From: Thermoanaerobaculia bacterium
Lineage (GTDB): Bacteria; Acidobacteriota; Thermoanaerobaculia; Multivoradales; UBA5704
Length of the DNA: 64,000 nucleotides
Assembly: GCA_044226625.1 (NCBI GenBank)
Contig: JBGAGQ010000010.1
Coordinates: 1-64,000 of the forward strand
Reading direction: 5' to 3'
A model generated the notes under the pieces. The model saw only the letters and a list, made by a program, of their open reading frames with translations. It was not told the origin of the DNA and made no database searches. This document shows positions 56,138 to 64,000 of the stretch, one piece after another. The number at the start of each line of letters is the position of its first letter. The first letter of the stretch is position 1. The position numbers and the translations under genes are program-made.

Positions 56138-57670
56138 ATGACCGCAAAGCCACTCGCCTTGGCCGCCCTTCTTCTGTGTTCCACCTCCCTCGCCCGCGCG
56201 GCCGACATGGCCGCTCCTTGCGGGGGAGATCACAAGCCCGCCATGGAGGCTCCGAAGTCCGAGAAATCCGAGACGCAGCACTCGATCACGATCGATGGAA
56301 AGGCGGTCGCCTACACGGCGACGGCCGGGCTGTTGATCGTCCAGAACGGCAAGGGCGAACCGGTCGCGAGCATCGGCTACACCGCCTACACGAAGAAGGA
56401 CGCGGAGCCGAACCGGCCGCTCATGTTCGCCTACAACGGCGGCCCGGGATCGTCCTCGATCTGGCTGCACATGGGGGCGCTCGGACCGCGGCGGGTGGTG
56501 ACGGTCGATTCCGGCCCGACCCCGCCGCCGCCTTTCGACGTGGTCGACAACAACTGGAGCGTGATCGACAAGACCGACCTGGTCATGATCGACCCGGTGG
56601 GCACCGGCTTCTCCCACGCGGTGGGGGAGGCGAAGGACAAGGACTTCTGGGGCGTCGACGCCGACATCGAATCGGTGAGCCGGTTCATCAAGACCTACGT
56701 CTCGGAGAATGGCCGCTGGCGCTCGCCGAAGTTCCTTCTCGGCGAAAGCTACGGCTCGACCCGTTCGGGCGGCATCGCGAAGTACCTCGAGACCAAGGAA
56801 AACATGGCGCTGAACGGCGTGGTCCTGGTCTCGGTCGCGACCGACATCGAGGCGCTGTTCGCCTGGCCCGGCAACGACCGGCCGTATCCGCTGATCCTGC
56901 CGACCTTCACCGCGGTCGCCGCCCATCACAAGGTGCTGCCGAACGCCCCTGCCGACATCGAACCGCTCCTGGTCGAGGTGCGCGCGTTTGCGCTCGGCGA
57001 GTATTCGGCGGCGCTCGCCAAGGGAGACCGGATGAGCGAGGCCGAGCGCGACGCGCTCGCCGCGAAGCTTCACCGCTACACCGGCCTCTCCGCCGAGTTC
57101 TGGAAGCGCGCGAATCTCCGCGTGCGCGAGTCGCAGTTCTGCCAGGAGCTGCTGCGCGAGCATCGCGAGGTGGTCGGCCGGCTCGACGGCCGCTTCCTCG
57201 GCCGTTCCTATGACGCACTCGCCGAAGAGGCGGACTACGACCCGCAGTCCTCGGCGATTTCGGCCGCCTTCACCGCGGCGTTCCTCGACTACATCCACAA
57301 GGACCTGAAGTGGGGCGACGGCAAGAGCTACACCGTCCTGAGTGAAGAGGTCGCCCCGGCCTGGGAGTGGAAGCACAACACCGGCTGGTTCGCCGCCTCG
57401 CCCACGCCGAACACCGGCATCGACCTCGGCCAAGCGATGATCTACAACCCGAATCTACGCCTGCTCGTGCTCAACGGCCTCTACGACCTCGCGACGCCGT
57501 TCTTCGCGACCGAGTCGATGATGGATCACCTCGGCTTGCCCGCCGACCTCCAGTCGCACATCGAGATGAAGTACTACCCGGCGGGGCACATGATGTACCT
57601 GCACGAGCCGTCCCTCAAACAGTGGAAGGCCGACATCGCGTCGTTCATCGACCGGACGACGAAGCGGTAG
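56138..57670 (+). CDS. Secreted S10 serine carboxypeptidase
   Basis: NGGPGSSS, IDPVGTGFS, GESYG, YDLATP, GHMMY. Confidence 0.95.
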   Translation: MTAKPLALAALLLCSTSLARAADMAAPCGGDHKPAMEAPKSEKSETQHSITIDGKAVAYTATAGLLIVQNGKGEPVASIGYTAYTKKDAEPNRPLMFAYNGGPGSSSIWLHMGALGPRRVVTVDSGPTPPPPFDVVDNNWSVIDKTDLVMIDPVGTGFSHAVGEAKDKDFWGVDADIESVSRFIKTYVSENGRWRSPKFLLGESYGSTRSGGIAKYLETKENMALNGVVLVSVATDIEALFAWPGNDRPYPLILPTFTAVAAHHKVLPNAPADIEPLLVEVRAFALGEYSAALAKGDRMSEAERDALAAKLHRYTGLSAEFWKRANLRVRESQFCQELLREHREVVGRLDGRFLGRSYDALAEEADYDPQSSAISAAFTAAFLDYIHKDLKWGDGKSYTVLSEEVAPAWEWKHNTGWFAASPTPNTGIDLGQAMIYNPNLRLLVLNGLYDLATPFFATESMMDHLGLPADLQSHIEMKYYPAGHMMYLHEPSLKQWKADIASFIDRTTKR

Positions 57671-58990
57671 GACCCGAATCTCCGGCCGGCTCGAGCCCTT
57701 CGAGCCGGCCGCTCCACCAGATCACCCGCGCCGTGCTTCGAAACCAGGGAAGACCCGGGCCGAGGGCTCGCAGGCGGACGATTCCCGACCTCGGCGCCGG
57801 ATCGTCCCAGAGCGCCGCGAGCTCCGCCGGATTGCGCGCCGCTGGGCTCATCAAGAGCCCTTCGGTCGCCGTCGCCGGGACCAACCGCCAGACTTTCTTA
57901 CGCCCGTCCTCGTATTGGGCCTCGAAATAGAGAGGCGGCACGCGCCAGAGCATCGCGGCGAGCCGGCCGCCGATCGAGAGGTCGACGTGGATCTCGGCGA
58001 AGCGCCAGCCCGGGCCGCGGGGAACCTCGAGCGGTTGCGCCAAGGAGAACGTCCGCTTTCCAGCGCGTTCGAGTTGGAACGCGGCCGGGCGTGCCCTTTT
58101 TCGGAGAACGATCCAGTCCGAATGCCGGTCTAAGGCGACCGGCCCCGGCAGGCGTTCGTAGCGTTCCAGGATCGCGCGCCAAGTTTCCGGTGTGTCCCAA
58201 ACCATCTGGCGACGATCGATCGCCCGGTTCTCGACCAGCAGGAGATCCGCGCCGTGGCCGGATCGAAAGTGCTCGGCGTCGAGGCGGTCGAGACGCGGCG
58301 AGTAGGCGAGGTACAGCTGGAGCGTCGGAGTCGGCGTCCAAGAGAGGTCGTTCGCCGCGAGGACGCTCAGCTCCATGGGAAGGACGTCGACGCTGGCGCC
58401 CGCGGCCCGGATCCACGAGAGAAGCGGCGCAGGGAGACGAGCGGGCGCGAGAGCCAGGCGCCGACCAGCGCGACCGCGGCGATCCCCAGGCTGACCTTGA
58501 TCAAAGCGAAGACGACGACGAGCGCACCGGCGGCGATCGCCGTGATCGGCACCCGGCTCGGCCGATCGACCTCGGGCGCGACGAGCAGCGCGAGGGTGAA
58601 CAGCAGCGCGTACTCCGCTCGCAGGCCGGCAAGGTAGGCGACGAGAAGCAAACCGGCGAAGAGGAGACCGCGCCGGAGCGGGACGCTACGGAGCGCACGG
58701 ACGAGCGCGAGGCCGAAGAGGATGTGTAGGGCGAGCCGAAGGGACTCGGTGGAGGCGGTCGTTCGGGGGACGGGCAGCACGAGCGAGCCGAGCGGACCGT
58801 AGGTGTAGACCACGTCGCGGCCGTGTACCAGGCCTCGGGCGGTGGTTTCGCTGAGGCCGAGCGTGTAGGAGGGGTCTAGACCGGTGCCGGGCGAACCGCG
58901 GGGACCCGGAAAGAGCACGACCCAGAGCGCGAGGCCCAGAGCTGCGCGCGCCACCGCGGTGCGCGCCGCGGGCTGCAAGAGCTTGCGCAT
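57645..58990 (-). pseudogene. Membrane protein gene broken by an internal deletion/frameshift near 58410-58440
   Basis: N-part (GLDPSY...VYTYGPLG, TM helices; 58367-58990) and C-part (SVDVLP-ELSVLAANDLSW...IDRR) lie in different frames. Confidence 0.6.
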
Positions 58991-59030
58991 GTGAGGGCCA
59001 GTATAGCCCTCGGGTTCTTCGGGGATGCGG

Positions 59031-59066
59031 AAAAGGAAAAAGGCCGACGCTTGCGCGCCGGCCTTT
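59031..59066 (-). terminator. Intrinsic terminator after the cold-shock gene
   Basis: Minus strand AAAGGCCGGCGC-GCAA-GCGTCGGCCTTTTTCCTTTT. Confidence 0.8.
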
Positions 59067-59092
59067 CCCCTAGCTATTGGAAGGGTTCGGAC

Positions 59093-59263
59093 TTAGCCGA
59101 GCTTGACGACGTTCTCGGCCGCGGGGCCCTTCTGGCCCTGGACGATGTCGAACTGGACGCGCTCGCCCTCGGAGAGGCTCTTGAAGCCCTGAGCCTGAAT
59201 CGCCGAGTGATGGACGAAGCAATCCTTCTCGTTGAACCACTTCACAACGCCGGTGGTACGCAT
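59093..59263 (-). CDS. Cold-shock domain protein, 56 aa, lacking RNP-1
   Basis: [52 protein letters not shown]; AAGGAG RBS; long upstream non-coding region. Confidence 0.88.
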   Translation of the reverse strand: MRTTGVVKWFNEKDCFVHHSAIQAQGFKSLSEGERVQFDIVQGQKGPAAENVVKLG

Positions 59264-59620
59264 AGCTGACCTTCTCCTTAGTGTTTGTAATCGGAGTCCG
59301 GCCAAAACCGTGCGTGCCGACTACAGATCGTGAAAAACGCCCTCACGCTGGGCTTTAACCCGCTACGCACGGAAACCGTCATGGTTTCCGGCTGAAGCGG
59401 CTGGAACGGGTGGAAGTTTACCGCGATCGCCTTTTCCTTCGTCGAGCTGTTCCGGAGGGATTCGATTCCATGACCTGAAGGGAGGGGATGACTCGATGTT
59501 GCAATACCGGTCCGTCGCTCTGGGCGAGCGGAAGGATCATACCTGGGTTTCTCCGAGAGTGCAAAGTGGCTCGTCCCAACCGTTCGGACGGGGCGCCCGG
59601 CCGAGATCTAGACTCGCGCC

Positions 59621-60742
59621 GTGATCGATCCGACACGGCCCCCGGGGAGGAGATCGACGAGGGGCTCCACGAGGACCCCGGCATCCCGCCTCCGCTTCAC
59701 GCTGCTCAACGTGGGCGGCTGGGTTCTGTTCTCCGCCGTGGTCTCCGTCTGGCTCGAGGCGCAGCGGCGAGGCCTCGGAGTGCCCGCGCCCTATGGGACC
59801 CTCTTCCGCCACACCCTCGTCTTCTGGATCCTCTGGACGATCCCGACCGTGTTCATCTTCCGCGCGTTCCGCCGCTTTCCCTGGGAGCCCGGGCGCACGC
59901 GGCGAACCCTCGCGCTCCACCTCGCGGCGAGCCTTCTGTGGATGCCGATCTACGGCGCCTTGCTCGTTCCCGTCGCGACGCTCGTCTTCGGCGTCCCGTG
60001 GAGCCGCTTCCCCGAGTTCGCGCCGCGGTTCTACGGCACCCTGTTCTGGATCGAGTACCTGCTCTATTGGCCGGTCTTCGCGGTGGCCGCCGCCCACGAC
60101 GGGCTGCGTCGCGCGCGCGACCGCGAGGCGCTCGCGCGGGAGCTCACGCAGGCGCGGCTCGATGCGCTCCGCTCGCAGATCCAGCCGCATTTCCTGTTCA
60201 ACACCCTGGCCGCCATCTCGGGGCTCCTGCGGAGCGGCGAGACCGCCCTTTCGGCGCGCTCGATCGAGAGTCTGGCCGACCTCTTGCGCCGCGTCGTTTC
60301 GCAGTCCGACCGGCCGCTCGTGCCGTTCGCCGAAGAGCTCGCGACCGCCGAGCTCTACCTGGAGATCCAGAAGATCCGGTGCGGCAATCGCCTCTCGGTC
60401 GAGATCGCCACCGATCCTCGCTCGCTCGCCCTCGGCGTGCCGAACCTCTTGCTCCAGCCGCTGCTCGAAAACGCCTTCGAGCACGGCGTCGCGCGGGTTC
60501 CGGGGCGTGTGAGGGTCGCCGTCCGGACGGTCCTCCGGGAGGAGGGAACGCTCTCGATCGAGATCGAGAACCCGATCCCTGCCGACGCCGCGCCACCCTC
60601 CGACACCGGGCTGGGGATCGCGAACACCCGCTCGCGGTTGGAGCTGCTGTTTCCGGGGCAGGCGCGTCTCGATCTCGCGCTCGATCGAACGGCACGGCTC
60701 GCCCGAACGTCCGTTCTCCTGCCCGAAAGGCCGCTCCCATGA
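59621..60742 (+). CDS. LytS-type sensor histidine kinase
   Basis: TM region, LRSQIQPHFLFNTL, LLQPLLENAFEHG, TGLGIANTRSRL. Confidence 0.93.
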   Translation: MIDPTRPPGRRSTRGSTRTPASRLRFTLLNVGGWVLFSAVVSVWLEAQRRGLGVPAPYGTLFRHTLVFWILWTIPTVFIFRAFRRFPWEPGRTRRTLALHLAASLLWMPIYGALLVPVATLVFGVPWSRFPEFAPRFYGTLFWIEYLLYWPVFAVAAAHDGLRRARDREALARELTQARLDALRSQIQPHFLFNTLAAISGLLRSGETALSARSIESLADLLRRVVSQSDRPLVPFAEELATAELYLEIQKIRCGNRLSVEIATDPRSLALGVPNLLLQPLLENAFEHGVARVPGRVRVAVRTVLREEGTLSIEIENPIPADAAPPSDTGLGIANTRSRLELLFPGQARLDLALDRTARLARTSVLLPERPLP

Positions 60743-61554
60743 ACGAACCGCCCAAGATGCCACTCAAAGTCCTGGTGGTCGACGACGAGCCGCTCGCCCG
60801 CACGGACCTCGAGGTTTTGCTCCGGGCCGAGCCCGATCTTCACCTGCTCCCGGGCGTCGAGGACGGCGAGAGCGCGCTCGCGGCGCTTGCGAAGCACCGC
60901 CCCGACGTGCTCTTCCTCGACATTCGGATGCCGGGGCTCGACGGATTCGAGGTGCTCGCGCGGATCGACCCGCTCGACCTGCCGATGGTGGTCTTCGTCT
61001 CGGCCTACGATGAATTCGCGCTCGACGCGTTCGCCGTCTCGGCCCTCGATTACCTAATGAAGCCGGTCCGGCCCGCCCGCCTGCGCGAGACCCTGGCGCG
61101 CGTCCGGAGCCGGCGCGACGACCGCTGGCGCGAGCACGTCGTCCACGAGATCGCCGAGCTCCGCGCGCTCTACGAAGGGCTGATCGCCGATCGGCCGCTC
61201 TCGGCGGAGGGGCCGTTCGCCACGCGGCTCGCGGTGCGCGACGCCCAGCGCATCCGCTTCGTCGCGGTCGAATCGATCGATTGGATCGAAGCCGACCGCA
61301 ACTATTGCGTCCTCCATACGCCGCAGGGGCGCCTCTCGCTCCGGGCGACGATCTCCGACCTCGAACGGCGGCTCGATCCGAGGGCGTTCTCCCGCATCCA
61401 TCGCTCGACGATCGTGGCGCTCGGCCGCATCCGCGAGATGCGCCCGACGTTCCGCGGCGAATACTCCGTCACCCTGGAGGACGGCACGGTGCTCCATTGG
61501 ACCCGCGGCTACCTCGCCGCGCTTCAGAAGGTGCTCGAGCCGAAGGAGGGCTGA
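60739..61554 (+). CDS. LytTR-family response regulator
   Basis: VVDDEPLAR, FLDIRMPGLDG, DYLMKP, IDWIEA, FSRIHRS; ATGA overlap with the kinase. Confidence 0.95.
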   Translation: MNEPPKMPLKVLVVDDEPLARTDLEVLLRAEPDLHLLPGVEDGESALAALAKHRPDVLFLDIRMPGLDGFEVLARIDPLDLPMVVFVSAYDEFALDAFAVSALDYLMKPVRPARLRETLARVRSRRDDRWREHVVHEIAELRALYEGLIADRPLSAEGPFATRLAVRDAQRIRFVAVESIDWIEADRNYCVLHTPQGRLSLRATISDLERRLDPRAFSRIHRSTIVALGRIREMRPTFRGEYSVTLEDGTVLHWTRGYLAALQKVLEPKEG

Positions 61555-61640
61555 AGCGGGATTCCGTCTCGTCCCCGATCGCGGCGTGTTCGTCCCCCGG
61601 CGGCGGAGCGTCCGCTCGGCCGTCGGCGAGCCTTCCCGGC

Positions 61641-62228
61641 ATGCGCAACCGGACCGAATCCGCTCGACGATCGATCTCGCTCCTCCCCCTCGCGATCCTT
61701 CCGCTGCTCGCCGGTGATGGAGAACGCGCTCCTTCTCCCGTGGCCTCGGTGTCTCCTGCGGCACCGGCTGCCCCGGCGGCTCAATCCTTTCCATGTTCCG
61801 GCGCGCGCCACCGCGAATTCGATTTCCTCCTCGGCGATTGGGAGGCCTATTCGCCCGACGGAAAGCTCGCCGGCCGTGATCGGATCACCCGAATCCTGGA
61901 CGGCTGCGCGCTCGAAGAGGCGTGGAGCGATCCCGCCTCCCCGCCGTCGTACCGCGGCGGCAGCGTGAGCGCGTTCGATGCGCGGACCGGCCGCTGGCAC
62001 CAGACGTGGGTGGACAACCAGGGGGTGACCAGCCGGCTCGAAGGAGGACGGGTCGAGACGCGGATGGTGCTCGAAGGAGAGGCCGGCGCCGGCCCGCCGG
62101 GCCGGCGCGTGCGGCTCACCTGGGAGCCTCTACCGACGGGGGAGGTCCGCCAGACGATCGAGCGCGCGGACGCGCCGGATGCCTGGCGGACCGGCGTGGT
62201 TTTCCTGTACCGGCGGCCCGCCGCCTAG
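61641..62228 (+). CDS. Secreted hypothetical beta-barrel protein (DUF1579-like)
   Basis: Signal-like segment, HREFDFLLGDW, GCALEEAW, WHQTWVDNQG. Confidence 0.72.
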   Translation: MRNRTESARRSISLLPLAILPLLAGDGERAPSPVASVSPAAPAAPAAQSFPCSGARHREFDFLLGDWEAYSPDGKLAGRDRITRILDGCALEEAWSDPASPPSYRGGSVSAFDARTGRWHQTWVDNQGVTSRLEGGRVETRMVLEGEAGAGPPGRRVRLTWEPLPTGEVRQTIERADAPDAWRTGVVFLYRRPAA

Positions 62229-63214
62229 GCCTTCCAGATCTGGCCGAGCGCCCGGCGGAAGTTGCCGCCCAGGATCAGCTCCACCTCGGATTCGGAAAAG
62301 CCGCGCCGCAGCAGGCCGGCGGCGAGCTCATAGGCGCGCCGGCCGTTCTGTAGACCCGGCAGGTCGTAGGCCGCGCGCGGCCGGCCGGTCGCCGGATCGG
62401 CGAGGTCGAGATCGCAGTCGCTCCCGAGCCCCACGTGCTCCGCCCCGACCAGCCGCGCCACGTGGACGAAGTGGTCGAGCAGGACGTCGAGAGTCGGACG
62501 GTCGCCCAGAAACGCGCGCACCGCCGCGATGCCCATCACGCCGCCGCGGGCGGCGAGGGCGCGGATCTCCGCGTCGGCCTTGTTGCGCGGATGGGGCGCG
62601 AGGGCCCGGCAGTTGGCGTGGGTCACCAGGACCGGACGGTCCGAGCGCGCGATCGAATCCAGCGTCGTCCGCTCCGAGCAGTGCGAGACGTCGACCGCCA
62701 TGCCCACGCGGTTCATCTCGGCCACCACCTGCCGCCCGAATTCGCTGAGCCCCTGGTCGTGAGGATCGCGGCAGCCTGAGCCGAGGCGGCACCGGTCGTT
62801 GTAGGTCAACTGGGAGACCCGCTGGCCGAGTGCGTGGAACCGCTCGACGTCCTCGACCGTGCGGAAGTGCTCGCTGGTCTGGAAGCCGAGCAGGATGCCG
62901 ATCCGCCGGTCGCTCCGGGCCGGGTCGAGATCGGCGGCGCCGCGCACGGCGCGCAGATACGCCGACTGGCCGCGCAGCAGCTGGTTCCACCCTTCCATCC
63001 AGCCGAGCGCCGCGGCATGGGGATCCGGGGAGTTCGGGTCGACCGCAGGATGGAAGACGTCGACGCCGGAGGCGACCAGACGCCGGAAATCCTCGAGCCC
63101 GAACGTCGTCGGCTTGCGCTGCCAGGCCCGCAGGTCCGCCGATCCGCGCCGGGAAAGAACGCTGCCGCCCATCCATACGGCGCAGCCCCAGAGAAACCGC
63201 CGACGGCTCCACAT
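62225..63214 (-). CDS. Membrane dipeptidase (M19) family with a Tat signal
   Basis: SRRRFL, SQLTYN, VAEMNRVGMAVDVSH, THAN, HPRNK, HVGLGSD, ILGGNF. Confidence 0.9.
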   Translation of the reverse strand: MWSRRRFLWGCAVWMGGSVLSRRGSADLRAWQRKPTTFGLEDFRRLVASGVDVFHPAVDPNSPDPHAAALGWMEGWNQLLRGQSAYLRAVRGAADLDPARSDRRIGILLGFQTSEHFRTVEDVERFHALGQRVSQLTYNDRCRLGSGCRDPHDQGLSEFGRQVVAEMNRVGMAVDVSHCSERTTLDSIARSDRPVLVTHANCRALAPHPRNKADAEIRALAARGGVMGIAAVRAFLGDRPTLDVLLDHFVHVARLVGAEHVGLGSDCDLDLADPATGRPRAAYDLPGLQNGRRAYELAAGLLRRGFSESEVELILGGNFRRALGQIWKA

Positions 63215-63338
63215 CGAAGGCGGCCCGAAACGTAGACCCCTCCCCGGTCCAAGTCAAGGACGATGGGACGAAGCGCGGGCCCCGCCCTGGGGGGCCCGCC
63301 TACGTCCTGTCCCTCCGGGACCTGTGCTGCTCGGCGGC

Positions 63339-64000
63339 TCAGCGATTCGGTGCGACCGCGTCCCCCGCCACGAGGAGCGGGCAGTCGGCGCTTTCAGCCG
63401 CTCCGGGAAGGACGACCGCGACCGGGCGGTAGCCTCGCCGGGAGGTCGCGGGGAGGGTGAAGTCGATCGCCGTTTCGCCGTGCGCGTCGGTCCGGCCGGA
63501 GGCTACGACCTCGCCCGCGACCCAGACCTCCGCCGGTCGGTCCGGGGTGAGCCCGTTCGCCCGAACGGTCGTCGTCCCTCCCGGCGGAAGGATCGCCTGC
63601 GCGAAGGTGCAGGACGGGAGCGGCGGTGGGATCAGGTCGATCTCGGCGCCGCGGCCGTCGGCAGGCAGGCGTTCCGCCGGCAACCCCGCGCGGCGGGCAA
63701 TCGCCTGGAGGCGGATTTTCGGACCGGCCTCGCCGCGGAGCGCGTCGGGCAGGCTCGCCGAGACGATCAACGAGAGAGGGGCCTGGCCCTGGCGCTCCGA
63801 CACCGAGGGCGCGAAGACCCGCCCCTCGATCCCCGGATCCGTGAGCGCGGTGAACGCCCCCCGCGCGCAACGCCAGAACGTCGCCACGGCGCGCCCGCCC
63901 GCTCCACCGCTCACCGCGACGCGCGAGACCAGCTCCGCGCCGGCGAAACCCGGTTGATCGGGAAACAACGTCGCGGGGTCGCAGCCGGTCGACGGCTTCG
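63339..64000 (-). CDS. Hypothetical protein, C-terminal part (5'-truncated by window)
   Basis: Open frame running to the window edge; beta-rich Ig-like C-terminus; no family recognised. Confidence 0.55.
   Translation of the reverse strand, partial: KPSTGCDPATLFPDQPGFAGAELVSRVAVSGGAGGRAVATFWRCARGAFTALTDPGIEGRVFAPSVSERQGQAPLSLIVSASLPDALRGEAGPKIRLQAIARRAGLPAERLPADGRGAEIDLIPPPLPSCTFAQAILPPGGTTTVRANGLTPDRPAEVWVAGEVVASGRTDAHGETAIDFTLPATSRRGYRPVAVVLPGAAESADCPLLVAGDAVAPNR

Overview
High-GC bacterial chromosomal window, most likely Acidobacteriota (inferred from the Cys-rich insertion near the RpoB N-terminus and the general gene content). Bases 1-12.25 kb are the core tuf(3' end)-tRNA-Trp-secE-nusG-rplKAJL-rpoBC cluster, followed directly by an AbrB/MazE-type antitoxin plus a Doc-type toxin. 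The accessory region holds: a probable pilT-pilT-lipoprotein-M91 metallopeptidase operon; LysR/MFS; an ABC-2 exporter; TPM-TPM-SET; and a type I restriction-modification locus (hsdR-hsdS-hsdM) with a 12-16 copy 20-bp palindromic tandem array between hsdS and hsdM, followed by a broken Rpn gene. The best candidate for an undescribed system is a visibly less GC-rich minus-strand island at 37.4-42.4 kb. It encodes an AraC-type regulator, a 48-aa Cys-rich peptide that is missing from the ORF track (MKRFVVREVETLKTTAAFYGCDCCCQNLDWTNQTLSCNWLTCCSPDAS), a secreted thioredoxin-like protein with no catalytic Cys, an RRE/PqqD-like-M50 intramembrane protease fusion and a large TPR protein. It looks like a RiPP-like or peptide-signalling locus with no recognisable tailoring enzyme. 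The remainder carries envelope hydrolases, a TonB-dependent receptor, pirin, GCS2-CBS, cobB, a cold-shock protein lacking RNP-1 and a LytS/LytTR pair. All family calls come from recognising motifs by eye; no searches were run.
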